In this document: positions 46,013-55,550 of the stretch, one piece after another
How positions within the stretch are numbered: position 1 is the stretch's first letter
Layout of the letters: the number at the start of each line of letters is the position of its first letter
Assembly (NCBI GenBank): GCA_034422515.1
Contig: DAOUJP010000025.1
Span: forward strand, 221,692-285,691
DNA from: Chloroflexota bacterium
GTDB lineage: Bacteria > Chloroflexota > UBA11872 > UBA12225 > JAJDUF01
DNA: 64,000 nucleotides
Reading direction: 5' to 3'
Translations under genes and position numbers: made by a program
The notes under the pieces: generated by a model
The model's input: the letters and a program-made list of their open reading frames with translations, nothing else
Told to the model about the DNA's origin: nothing
The model's database searches: none

Positions 46013-47017
46013 ATGAAACTACTGGGAATCGCCGTACTAGCGTTGGTCATTCTGGCTGCGCTGGCTATGCCACAGGTCTTCTACTTCGTTGACGAGACCG
46101 ATCAGGTGGTCATCACGCAGTTCCGGCGGCCCGTCCGCACGGTGACGGCGCCGGGTCTGCACACCAAGATACCGTTCATCCAGGCCGTCAACCGCTTCGA
46201 GAAGCGTATTCTGCGCTCCGACCCGGCGCCGACGGAATATCTGACCCTCGACAAGAAGCGCGTGATCGTCAACCACGTCTCGCGGTGGCGGATCGTCGAG
46301 CCGCTTCAGTTCCTCGAACGCATCCGCACCGAAGGGGCCGCCCTCTCGCGGCTCGATGACATCATCTTCTCACAGCTGCGGGCCGAGTTGGCCAAGCATG
46401 AGTTGGAGGAGATCATTGACGAGCGGCGCGAGCCGATCATGGAGAGCGTGACGGCGGCTACCCAGGAGCGCCTCAGTCCCTTCGGCATCGAGATCGTGGA
46501 CGTGCGGATTAAGCGTGCCGACCTACCGGAGGAAGTCCACGCCAGTGTCTTCAACCGCATGGTCGCCGAGCGCCAGCGCATCGCCAAGCGGTACCGCTCT
46601 GAGGGCGAAGAGGAGTCGCGGAAGATTCGCGGCGATACCGACCGCCAGCAGCAAATCATCCTCGCCGAGGCCTATGAGAAGGCCCAGGACTTGCAGGGCC
46701 AGGGCGACGCGCGAGCCGCAGCGATCTACGCCGAAGCGTTTGGTCGCGACCCGGAGTTCTACAACTACGTGCGCTCGCTGGAGGCCTACCGCGCGGTGAT
46801 TGACGACAGCACGCTGCTGATCCTACCCTCCGACACCACGCTGCTCCAGTACCTGCGTAGCCCGGACGCACCTCAAGCGCCAAGCCAGCCGGCCAGCGCC
46901 CCTCCGGCAACGTCGCCCCGGCCGGTGACTGCCACCCCGACACCGGTACCGGCCACCGCAACGCCAGCCCCAACTTCGACCCCAGCCACCGCGGCCACCG
47001 CGACACCCACTGGCTAG
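46013..47017 (+). CDS. hflC: FtsH protease modulator HflC (with Pro/Thr/Ala-rich C-terminal tail)
   Basis: SPFH domain directly downstream of hflK. Low-complexity PTPVPATATPAPTSTPATAATATPTG tail. Confidence 0.9.
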   Translation: MKLLGIAVLALVILAALAMPQVFYFVDETDQVVITQFRRPVRTVTAPGLHTKIPFIQAVNRFEKRILRSDPAPTEYLTLDKKRVIVNHVSRWRIVEPLQFLERIRTEGAALSRLDDIIFSQLRAELAKHELEEIIDERREPIMESVTAATQERLSPFGIEIVDVRIKRADLPEEVHASVFNRMVAERQRIAKRYRSEGEEESRKIRGDTDRQQQIILAEAYEKAQDLQGQGDARAAAIYAEAFGRDPEFYNYVRSLEAYRAVIDDSTLLILPSDTTLLQYLRSPDAPQAPSQPASAPPATSPRPVTATPTPVPATATPAPTSTPATAATATPTG

Positions 47018-47077
47018 GCGCGGATGACGTTGCCCGGCTATTCCGGTGTCTGTAGGAGTGCAGCCAGACCGTAGTCC

Positions 47078-47113
47078 CGTCCCCCCGCCGCGGCGGGGGG
47101 ACCATAGGGGGCT
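47078..47113 (+). repeat. module B hairpin repeat copy
   Basis: gtccccccgccgcggcggggggaccatagggggct. Confidence 0.85.
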
Positions 47114-47151
47114 ACATCCTACAGAGAGAGGGTTGGGGTAGGTCCGGCCAG

Positions 47152-48771
47152 CTACCCGTCACGGCCGTGCCGCAGCGCCCGGCCCGGTAGCTTGCCCGTA
47201 TGGCGGTTGTGGTCCTTGACGAGCACGCCGTTCACAAGCACGTAAGGAATACCCTCCGGGTATGAACGGGGCCGCTCGTAGGTGGCGGTGTCGGTTACAC
47301 GCTCCGGATCGAAGCACACCACGTCGGCGGCCTGACCTGGCCGGAGCGAGCCGCGATCCCGGAAGCCGAGGATGCGGGCCGGCACCGCCGTCATCTTGCG
47401 GACGACCTGCTCCCAGGTGAACAGTCCTAGCTCGCGCGTATAGTGTCCGAGATACCGCGCGAAGGTGCCCCAAGCGCGCGGATGCGGCTGCTCGCCGACC
47501 ATCACCCCGTCGCTGCCGGCGGTATGCGTCGGGTGCCGCATGATCGCCTGCACGTTGTCCTCGTTCCCCTGGTGCCAGACCATGGTGCTGCCCAACTGCT
47601 CCTGAATCAGGAGGTCGCACACCCAATCGAACGGCCGCCGGCCCAATTCGGCTGCCACCTCGCTGACGCGCATCCCGGTGAAGCGCCGGTTGGCCAGCAC
47701 CGTCATGGCCCCGAGTTGGATGATGGACCAATCTACCGGCACACCCTGCGCCCCGTCCGTCCCGACCACCTCGACCTCATGCCGCAGCCGCTCGCGCGTT
47801 GCCGGGTCGCGCAGGCGCGCCAGCAGCGCCTCGTCACCGCCGCGGTAAGCCCACGACGGCAGGATGGCCCACAGGTAGGTGCTCGCCGCGATATAGGGGT
47901 AGCTATCCATACTCACCGCGACGCCGCCGGCCCGCGCGCGGTCAATCATGCTGAGGAGCGCGCCACTGCGGCCCTTGTTCAGGGGAAAGGCCAGCTGGGC
48001 GTGTGCCAGATGCACCGGCACTCCGGCCCGGCGGCCGATCTCGATGCTCTCACGGTACGCCGCCAGCGCCCCGGCGCCATAGCTGCGGTGATGCGTGCAA
48101 TAAAACCCGCCGTGCGGCTCGATAGCAGCGCAGAGCGCCACAATCTCGTCGTCGCTGGCGAACATGCCTGGGGGATAGGTCAGCCCGGTCGAGAGACCGA
48201 CGGCGCCTTCTTCCATCCCTTGCTGGATCAGGTTTTGCATCGCCGCCAGCTCGCCGTCGGTGGGTGGACGGTCGGCAAAGCCCATGACGTTCATGCGGAT
48301 GGTGCCTTGCCCGATCAATGTCGCAACGTTCGGCGCCACCCGGCCGTCGAGCGCGTCGAGATAGTCGCCGAGACTCCGCCAGCGCCAGGTCACGCCCGGT
48401 GGATCGCCGGTGAGCGCCCGCACTTGGCCCCGCACCATCTCCACGCGCTCATCGGTGAGCGGCGCGACACCTAGCCCGTCTTGCCCCAGCACCTCCAGCG
48501 TCACGCCCTGCATGATCTTGGCTTCATGCGCCGGCGACGCGAGCAGTTGGATGTCGGAGTGCGTATGCATGTCCACGAAACCGGGACATACCAGCAACCC
48601 GGCGGCGTCAATCCGGCGGCGCGCCGGCTCGCGGTGCAGCCCCGGCGCCACGGCGCCAATGCGCCCGGCCCGGATGGCCACGTCGGCGCGAAAGCGCGGT
48701 CGGCCCGTGCCGTCCACGATCTCACCACCGGCGATCACCACATCCCACGTGGTGTGGTTTGGGTAGGACAT
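47152..48771 (-). CDS. N-acyl-D-amino-acid deacylase (D-aminoacylase) family amidohydrolase
   Basis: ATG 48771 with GGGGAG RBS. GFVDMHTHSD metal site and family-typical GTDG and HHRSYG. Confidence 0.85.
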   Translation of the reverse strand: MSYPNHTTWDVVIAGGEIVDGTGRPRFRADVAIRAGRIGAVAPGLHREPARRRIDAAGLLVCPGFVDMHTHSDIQLLASPAHEAKIMQGVTLEVLGQDGLGVAPLTDERVEMVRGQVRALTGDPPGVTWRWRSLGDYLDALDGRVAPNVATLIGQGTIRMNVMGFADRPPTDGELAAMQNLIQQGMEEGAVGLSTGLTYPPGMFASDDEIVALCAAIEPHGGFYCTHHRSYGAGALAAYRESIEIGRRAGVPVHLAHAQLAFPLNKGRSGALLSMIDRARAGGVAVSMDSYPYIAASTYLWAILPSWAYRGGDEALLARLRDPATRERLRHEVEVVGTDGAQGVPVDWSIIQLGAMTVLANRRFTGMRVSEVAAELGRRPFDWVCDLLIQEQLGSTMVWHQGNEDNVQAIMRHPTHTAGSDGVMVGEQPHPRAWGTFARYLGHYTRELGLFTWEQVVRKMTAVPARILGFRDRGSLRPGQAADVVCFDPERVTDTATYERPRSYPEGIPYVLVNGVLVKDHNRHTGKLPGRALRHGRDG

Positions 48772-48834
48772 GTTTCTTTGCTCTCCCCTCGTAGGGGTAA
48801 GGCGTAGCTGGCTCCGACCAGCCACTCCGGCGCG

Positions 48835-49626
48835 TCAGGGGCGCAGCGCCGTGAGCACCATCCCGGTATCGTCGGCCGCGTCCACTGTACCCGACGGCTG
48901 CGCCTCATGCCGCTGCACCGCGGCAAAGCCCACGGCGGTTAGCAGATGGAGCCAGGTCCGTAGCGGGAAGATACCGCACGTATGGCGGTCGGATTCGATT
49001 GACAGGCCCCCGTCCCGCCGGATGAGATACAGAAAAGTCACCTCATACGTCGTATCGGAGTGGTCCGGATCGTAGACGTTCTCCACCATGACGACCTCCG
49101 TATCGCCGGCGGTATGCACGGAAGTCCAGGTCCGGTTTTGCCGGAACCGCTCCGGTGTGGCCTCGACAACAGTGAGGAAGACCCCGCCGGGCCGCAACTG
49201 GGCAAAGGCCGTCTCGAACGCTGCCCGTAAATCATCCGGCGCGCACATATACGCCACGGCGTCGAAGAGCACTACCGCGTCAAACGCCTCGCCTAAGCGC
49301 ACCTCGCGCAGATCGCCGACGCGATAGGCGACGTGAGGATTGAGCCGGCGCGCCAAGGCCAGCATCGCCGGGCTGCGGTCCACGCCCGTGACCGCAAAAT
49401 GCCGCCGCAGGTGATAGTCGTGGTGCCCACCGCCACAGCCCAAGTGCAGCAGCGACCGCACCGGGCGCCGGCTGCGTTGCTCGATCAGCTGGCGATATTC
49501 CGCGCACTCCTCGCGGTAGTCCTCCGCCGGGCTGACGATAGGCCACAGCCAGGCCAGGTCGTCATACAGCCGCGGCCCGCTGTCCTGCGGGCGCAGCCGC
49601 GCCGTCGGACGGCGCTGCTTTTGCAT
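48835..49626 (-). CDS. class I SAM-dependent methyltransferase
   Basis: GAGGTGG RBS before ATG 49626. SAM-binding motif LHLGCGGGHH and VLFDAVAYM. The start overlaps the 3' end of the upstream amidohydrolase by ~65 nt. Confidence 0.75.
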   Translation of the reverse strand: MQKQRRPTARLRPQDSGPRLYDDLAWLWPIVSPAEDYREECAEYRQLIEQRSRRPVRSLLHLGCGGGHHDYHLRRHFAVTGVDRSPAMLALARRLNPHVAYRVGDLREVRLGEAFDAVVLFDAVAYMCAPDDLRAAFETAFAQLRPGGVFLTVVEATPERFRQNRTWTSVHTAGDTEVVMVENVYDPDHSDTTYEVTFLYLIRRDGGLSIESDRHTCGIFPLRTWLHLLTAVGFAAVQRHEAQPSGTVDAADDTGMVLTALRP

Positions 49627-51229
49627 AGACCACCTCGCCGCCAATGATCGTGTGGCTTACTCGTGCCGCCAATATGGCGTGCGGCGGCCGGTCGAAGATA
49701 TTCGGCTTGATGATCGTGAGGTCGGCCGCCGCGCCCGGCCGGAGCGTCCCATGCCTGTGCTCCAGCCCGGCCGCATAGGCCGCGCCGACCGTATAGGCCC
49801 GCACCGCCGCCGCGAGCGAGATGCGCTCCTCCGGGTACCAGCCGCCGGCCGGCGTGCCGTCGGGCCGCTGCCGCGTGACCGCCGCAAAGAGACCGGCCAA
49901 CGGGTCCGGCGTCTCCACTGGTGCATCAGATCCGAACGCCAGGACCGTCCCGGCCCGCAGCAAGCTGCCGAACGCATAGGCGCCACGGCTGCGCGCGCCC
50001 CAGAAGCGGTCGGCGTTGTCCATGTCCTGCGTCGTGTGGATCGGCTGCATGGACGCGACGACGCCAAGGGCGGCCAGGCGCGGGATGTCGTCCGGGTGGA
50101 GCACCTGGACGTGCTCGATGCGTGGGCGGCGCAGAGGATCGTCGGTCGGTAGGTGCGCGTCGGCTACCGTGTCGAGGGCTTGCCGATTGGCCCGGTCGCC
50201 GATGGCGTGCATCGCTACGCCGAAGCCGGCATCAGACGCGCGCTGGAGCAAGTCGGCCAACTCCTCCGGCGGGGTAATCACCACGCCGGTATTGCCCGGC
50301 TCGTCCTCGAACGGCGCCAACATCGCGGCCGTGTGCGAGCCGAGCGATCCATCGAGAAAGCATTTCAGGTGCCCGATACGCAGGCGTCCGTTGCCCCAAC
50401 CGGCCGCCATCCGGCGAGCAATAAGCTGATCGAGCGTGGCGGCCGGCGGCAGGTAGACGACCCGCAGCCGCAGTTCCCCGGCAGCCGCAAGGTCTTGCAG
50501 CGCGGCAAAGGTCGCCGGCGTGTCCGGCGCATGAACACAGGTGATTCCCAGCTTGAGCAGCGCCGCCTGTGCCCGCCGCAACGCGCCCCGCAGCACTTCC
50601 GGCGGCGGGTCGCCAATCGCCGTCTCGACAAGCCGCTGGGCCGACTCGCGCACAATGCCGCTCGGCGCCCCGTCCGCCTCCCGGTCAATCACCCCACCGG
50701 CCGGCTGCGGCGTATCCCGACCAATCCCGGCGCGGCGCAGGGCCGCCGAACTGACCCAAGTGATGTGCCGATCCTTGCGAGCGAGGGCGACGGGCCGGCC
50801 GCCGGCGACAGCATCAAGCGCGTGCCGGTCCGGCACGCGGGGTTCCGGCCAGAGCGTATGGTCCCAGCCGCCGCCGAGCAGCCAAGCGTCGCGCGGCAGT
50901 TCACCGGCCCGCGCCGCCACCAGCGCCACCGCTTCGGCAAGTGACCCGACATCCGTCAGATCCAGCTGCTCTAGCTGCAAGCCATAGGCGCCGAGATGCA
51001 AATGGGCATCGGTCAGGCCCGGCAGCACACAGGCGCCCGGCACGTGTAGCTCTTCCACACCGCGCCGATCAAGCGCCCGCGCAGCCGCCCGCACCTCGGC
51101 CGCCGAGCCAACGGCATGCACCCGGCCGCCGACCAGCAACAGCGCCTCGGCCTCCGGCTGCGCCGAGTGCATCGTCACCACGCGGCCACCGTAGATCGCC
51201 AGCGCCCGCACCGCCTCGGTCATGGTCAT
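49562..51229 (-). CDS. amidohydrolase-3 family metal-dependent hydrolase
   Basis: PGLTDAHLHL metal-binding start, GGGWD and the Amidohydro_3 C-terminal half (HAIGD...GSDAPV). Confidence 0.85.
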   Translation of the reverse strand: MTMTEAVRALAIYGGRVVTMHSAQPEAEALLLVGGRVHAVGSAAEVRAAARALDRRGVEELHVPGACVLPGLTDAHLHLGAYGLQLEQLDLTDVGSLAEAVALVAARAGELPRDAWLLGGGWDHTLWPEPRVPDRHALDAVAGGRPVALARKDRHITWVSSAALRRAGIGRDTPQPAGGVIDREADGAPSGIVRESAQRLVETAIGDPPPEVLRGALRRAQAALLKLGITCVHAPDTPATFAALQDLAAAGELRLRVVYLPPAATLDQLIARRMAAGWGNGRLRIGHLKCFLDGSLGSHTAAMLAPFEDEPGNTGVVITPPEELADLLQRASDAGFGVAMHAIGDRANRQALDTVADAHLPTDDPLRRPRIEHVQVLHPDDIPRLAALGVVASMQPIHTTQDMDNADRFWGARSRGAYAFGSLLRAGTVLAFGSDAPVETPDPLAGLFAAVTRQRPDGTPAGGWYPEERISLAAAVRAYTVGAAYAAGLEHRHGTLRPGAAADLTIIKPNIFDRPPHAILAARVSHTIIGGEVVYAKAAPSDGAAAPAGQRAAAV

Positions 51230-51270
51230 GGTGCTTGATATTTTCTCAGCAGCCTATCCACCCGCAAATC

Positions 51271-51816
51271 TCACGGTGCCGCAAAGTGCGGCGAGGGATG
51301 CTGCCGGGTGAGACCCGGCTGCGTGTACCACGCCTCCGGACCGCTCGCTGCCAACGACCCGTCCGCCAGAATATGGTGCAGCGTCAGGCCGTCGTTTTGC
51401 AGTGTCCGGCCAATGAGGTTGTGCCGATGGCACTGGCGATAGTCGCCCTCGCTACACATGATGCAAGCGCGCTCGCGCCGCATCAGCTGCTTGAGCCGTG
51501 CGATGGCTTGACGGTACGCGGGTAGCCCGGTCATCCGCTCGTAGTCCACCCGCCCCGCCGCGTCATACGCTTCCCCCGTATCGGGACGCCCGCCCAACTC
51601 ACTGCCGGCGAAACGATACTTGATCCCGTGCCGCTGAAGATACTGCTGGAGCGGCTGCTTGTTGAACCACGGCGCAATGCCGCTGTACGGAGCAGACCGC
51701 ACGTCCACCACCAGCGTAATGTTGTGCTGCCGCAGTAACTCGATGAACCGTCCCAGGGCCAGCCGGCTATGACCAATCGTGTATAAGGCTGCCCCCTCAC
51801 CCGGCCGATCACCCAT
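51271..51816 (-). CDS. DUF488 family protein
   Basis: LYTIGHS...L.....LVDVR..P.S signature of DUF488. Confidence 0.7.
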   Translation of the reverse strand: MGDRPGEGAALYTIGHSRLALGRFIELLRQHNITLVVDVRSAPYSGIAPWFNKQPLQQYLQRHGIKYRFAGSELGGRPDTGEAYDAAGRVDYERMTGLPAYRQAIARLKQLMRRERACIMCSEGDYRQCHRHNLIGRTLQNDGLTLHHILADGSLAASGPEAWYTQPGLTRQHPSPHFAAP

Positions 51817-51901
51817 GCTTCCCACCTCACCACACCCTTAATGCTACCCAACGAGAGCGCCGCTACCCCTCTTGACAGAGGTGGTTCTTTGTCGAGGGCC
51901 C

Positions 51902-51936
51902 GTCTCCCCGTCGCAACGGGGGGACCATAGGGGGGC
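51902..51936 (+). repeat. module B hairpin repeat copy
   Basis: gtctccccgtcgcaacggggggaccataggggggct. Confidence 0.85.
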
Positions 51937-51946
51937 TAGTCCCCCA

Positions 51947-52738
51947 TCACGGCCGGCGATTGAGACGATAGCCTACGTCGCGCACGGTGAGGACAAAACG
52001 CGGCCGACGCGGCTGGGCTTCGATCTTGCCCCGCAGGTGCAGGATGTGGCTGTCGAGGAGGCGGGTGCCGCCTTCCGAATCGTAGCCCCACACCGTTGCC
52101 ACCAGTTCGTCGCGCGTCAGCACACGGCCCTGCGCCTGGGCCAGTGCCAGGAGCAGATCGAACTCGGTGCGCGTCAGCGCGACTTCCTTGCCGCCGACCA
52201 GCACTTGGCGCTCGGCCGGCAATACCTCCAGGGCGCCGAACACCAGGCGGTCCGCTGACTCGTCCGCGTCGGTGGCGGCTGCGGCATCGCGCCCGGCGCC
52301 CGGCGCCGTTCTGCGCGCGGACTCGGCGGCAGCCCGGCGCAGCCCCGCGCGCACCCGCGCCACCAGCTCACGCACGCTGAACGGCTTGGTCACGTAGTCG
52401 TCGGCGCCTAGCTCCAGCCCGACGATCTTGTCCACCTCGTCACCGCGAGCACTGACCATAATGATCGGCAAGAGGCGATCTTCCAGCCTGATCTGCCGGC
52501 ACACGTCGAGGCCGCTCATGTCCGGGAGCATGATGTCCAGCAAGACGAGATCGGGCCGCTCCTGGCTGACAGCCGCCAAGGCTTGCTCGCCGGTCGTCGC
52601 CTCGACCGTCTGCCAGCCCTCGCGCTCGCTGGCCACGCGCAGACTGAAACGCACCGCCGGCTCGTCCTCGACGATGAGAATACGCGGCACCGCATTGCCA
52701 CCACGCCGGCCGCTATTCCGTCGCCCCGGCGCGGTCAT
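51947..52738 (-). CDS. OmpR-family two-component response regulator
   Basis: Receiver ILIVEDEP...LLDIMLPDMSG...KPF and winged-helix LTRTEFDLL...VWGY....RLLD.HI.LR.KIE. ATGA overlap with the kinase gene. The linker holds an unusual Ala/Asp-rich insert. Confidence 0.9.
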   Translation of the reverse strand: MTAPGRRNSGRRGGNAVPRILIVEDEPAVRFSLRVASEREGWQTVEATTGEQALAAVSQERPDLVLLDIMLPDMSGLDVCRQIRLEDRLLPIIMVSARGDEVDKIVGLELGADDYVTKPFSVRELVARVRAGLRRAAAESARRTAPGAGRDAAAATDADESADRLVFGALEVLPAERQVLVGGKEVALTRTEFDLLLALAQAQGRVLTRDELVATVWGYDSEGGTRLLDSHILHLRGKIEAQPRRPRFVLTVRDVGYRLNRRP

Positions 52739-54687
52739 GCTTCCGGCCCATCCGCCGCCGGTACGGGCCTATCCTGGCGCTGCACGTGGTCCGGAGCAAC
52801 CGGCACAGTAAATCGGAACGTCGCGCCCCGGCCCAGCTCGCTCTCGACGCGGAGCGTACCGCCCATCAGTTCCACCAGATTGCGGGCAATGTAGAGGCCC
52901 AGGCCGGTCCCGGTCCGACGGAGCTGCTGCTGACCCTCGACCTGATAGAACTTGTCGAAGATATAGGGTAGGTGCTCGGCCGCGATCCCAGGCCCCCCGT
53001 CAGCCACGCTGATCTCAACGAACGGACCGCGTGACGACGCCAGCGCCGCACCCCTCCCCACCACGGCCCTACCATCCGCGCGGGCGCGGGCATCCATGTC
53101 CTCCCCCGGCTCCGACACGCCATCGGTCTCCACCAGTGCCGCCTGCACACGGACGCCGGCGCCGGCCGGGACGTAGCGCAGCGCGTTTCCGAGCAGATTG
53201 TCAAGCACGCGGCCGAGGTGGTCACGGTCGGCCCAGACCGCGGGCAGCGGCGGCAACGGCGTCAGCACGAAATGGGGGCCGCCCTCGCGTGCTTGGCCTT
53301 GCACCACCGCGACAGCCTCTCGCAGCAACGCTTCCAGGTCGAGCCGCTGTGGCTCGGACGTGAGGCCGCCGGCCTCGATCCGCGTCACGTCGAGGATATT
53401 GTCCACCAACCGGCTCAAGCGCACCGCCTCCGCGTTGATGTGCCCGGCCAGCTCCCGCGATTGATCCGGTGCGAGCACGTGCTCCAGCAGCAACTCGCTC
53501 AATGCCCGTAGCGACGTGAGCGGGGTGCGTAGCTCGTGGGACACGGTGGAGATCAGGGATGACTTCAGCTCGTCCATCTCCTTTGCCACGGTAATGTCAC
53601 GCAGCACCAGGACAATTCGCGGCGTGCCGCGCCGCCGGCTCGCCACCTCGGCCAGACTGGCTCCCACCCACCGTTCGTCCCCGTGGCGTGCGCGAATACG
53701 CAGCTCCAGATAGGGCACGTCCGTACCGGCGTCCGCTTGGCTCTCCGGCCGCTCGTCCACCCACGGCGGAGCTTGTTCGTCGGCGGTATCAAGGGCACCG
53801 GCGAGGGTATCGGCATCAAAAGGGCTACCGTTCGCCAGGTCGGCTGGCAGGACCTCGAACACCACGCGCCCCATGACCTCGGCCTCCTGCCAGCCCGTGA
53901 GGCGTTCGCAGCCGGGGCTAAACAGCAAGACCCGCCACTCGCTATCCAGGGCGAGAATGCCATCCTCGGCGTGGAAGATGACGTTCTGCAGGAGCTCCCG
54001 CTGGCGGCTCGCTGCCGCCTCCGCCCGCCCGGTCCGCGCGTACAGCACGGCATTCTCGATAGCCGTGGCGGCGTGGGCCGAGAAACTGACCAGCAGTGCT
54101 ATTTCGGCCGGCGTGAACTCGTGAACGTCGCGCCGATAGATGCTCAAGACCCCCACCGGCTGGCCCCGGCGGAGCAGCGGCGCCGCCAAGAAGGAGCGGA
54201 TGCCTTCCTGCTCCCAGAGCGGGCGCGGGACGCGCGAGTCGCTGGCCACGTCGGCGACGGCGAGCGGATGGGCGGACAGGGCCACCAAGCCGGTGACGCC
54301 TTCACCGACTTCGAGGTTGGCCACCGCCTCCACGTATTCGCGCGACAGGCCCTCGGAGGAGAGCCGCTGGAGCGTGCCCTGCTCATCAATGCGCCATACC
54401 GCCGCCGCCGAGGCGCCCAGTAGGTTAGTCGCACTGGCCATGATTTTGCGGAGTAGCTCGGCCAGCGTGAGGTTAGCGGTACTCGCTTGACCAATCTCCA
54501 AGAGTGCCCGCAACTGTGCATGTACCACCCGCTGAGAGGCGCGCAACCGCACCTGCACTCGGCGCAGATATTGGACTTCGGCGCTCAGATGGGCAGTCTT
54601 GGACGCAGCAGTCGGCGTGGTAGCGCGCTGGGCACCAGTAGGTTGGCGAGGCTGGCTCTTGGCCGGGGACTTGCGAACTGTGTCCAT
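52735..54687 (-). CDS. sensor histidine kinase with GAF and PAS domains (soluble)
   Basis: HisKA HELRTPLTSL and HATPase N/G boxes (LDNLLGNALRY...GTGLGL). No TM segments. Confidence 0.9.
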   Translation of the reverse strand: MDTVRKSPAKSQPRQPTGAQRATTPTAASKTAHLSAEVQYLRRVQVRLRASQRVVHAQLRALLEIGQASTANLTLAELLRKIMASATNLLGASAAAVWRIDEQGTLQRLSSEGLSREYVEAVANLEVGEGVTGLVALSAHPLAVADVASDSRVPRPLWEQEGIRSFLAAPLLRRGQPVGVLSIYRRDVHEFTPAEIALLVSFSAHAATAIENAVLYARTGRAEAAASRQRELLQNVIFHAEDGILALDSEWRVLLFSPGCERLTGWQEAEVMGRVVFEVLPADLANGSPFDADTLAGALDTADEQAPPWVDERPESQADAGTDVPYLELRIRARHGDERWVGASLAEVASRRRGTPRIVLVLRDITVAKEMDELKSSLISTVSHELRTPLTSLRALSELLLEHVLAPDQSRELAGHINAEAVRLSRLVDNILDVTRIEAGGLTSEPQRLDLEALLREAVAVVQGQAREGGPHFVLTPLPPLPAVWADRDHLGRVLDNLLGNALRYVPAGAGVRVQAALVETDGVSEPGEDMDARARADGRAVVGRGAALASSRGPFVEISVADGGPGIAAEHLPYIFDKFYQVEGQQQLRRTGTGLGLYIARNLVELMGGTLRVESELGRGATFRFTVPVAPDHVQRQDRPVPAADGPEA

Positions 54688-54866
54688 GATGCCCGTTCAC
54701 CGCCGGGGCGCGAACACCGGCCGCGGCACCCAGCAGCGACATGACATATGGCCCGGACACCAGCCGCTAGGCCAACTCAACAGGCCGGAAGTTGCCAACG
54801 GCGCGGCCGCATCCCACCAACCGGAGCAGGCGATTCACCCACGTCGTTGCCGCAACGCCGAGTGGG

Positions 54867-55109
54867 CTACTGCAGGAAGAAGTCGGCGTTGATGTCAATG
54901 AAATGCACCCACTCTTCGGGCACCGCGTCCTCGGGGTAGATGGCGCTCACCGGGCAGACCGGCTCGCAGGCGCCACAGTCAATGCACTCATCGGGATCAA
55001 TGTAGTACATCTCCTCATCGTCCGTCGTGTGAATACAATCCACCGGGCACACGTCCACGCACGAGGCATCCTTGGTGCCAATGCACGGCTGCGCGATCAC
55101 ATAGGTCAT
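54867..55109 (-). CDS. fdxA: 7Fe ferredoxin (3Fe-4S/4Fe-4S)
   Basis: AGGAGG RBS then ATG 55109. MTYVIAQPCIGTKDASCVDVCPVDCIH...CIDCGACEPVCP cysteine pattern. Confidence 0.85.
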   Translation of the reverse strand: MTYVIAQPCIGTKDASCVDVCPVDCIHTTDDEEMYYIDPDECIDCGACEPVCPVSAIYPEDAVPEEWVHFIDINADFFLQ

Positions 55110-55420
55110 AGCGAACCTCCTCGCCGATGAGTTGCGGCCCCCGCTCCGAATATCTCGTTCAGCAAGCACTCAGCGTTGCTGCCGAAGCGGTGAGACCGCT
55201 CCACATGGATCAATATAGTATATCCGCGCGTCATCTGTAGAGTAGGGGGTATCCGCCGAACGGATATCTCCATCTCCGGACCAGACGGCCTCCACACCGC
55301 TACACGGGATCGAGCGACCGGCGAGGTCACGAGCAGCACCCGGCAGCGAGGCGCGGATTACCGTAGCACAGTCCGGCCTGTTCTACCACATCCTCGCACC
55401 GGAGACCCGGTGAGCGGCCG

Positions 55421-55468
55421 CCCGGCGGAAGCCGGAATGACGGGGGCTGGGCGCGATTTATCGCGCCC
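55421..55468 (-). repeat. inverted copy of F'-A composite: A in reverse orientation (55421-55446) + palindrome gggcgcgatttatcgcgccc (55449-55468)
   Basis: ccggcggaagccggaatgacggggg is the reverse complement of cccccgtcattccggcttccgccgg. This is the mirror of the 7808-7862 arrangement. Confidence 0.75.
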
Positions 55469-55550
55469 CTACATCAAAAACCTACTCTTGTGGGCGGAGG
55501 CCCTCATATTCGCGCCAACGACCGGGAAATGTCAACACAATCCAGGACTC

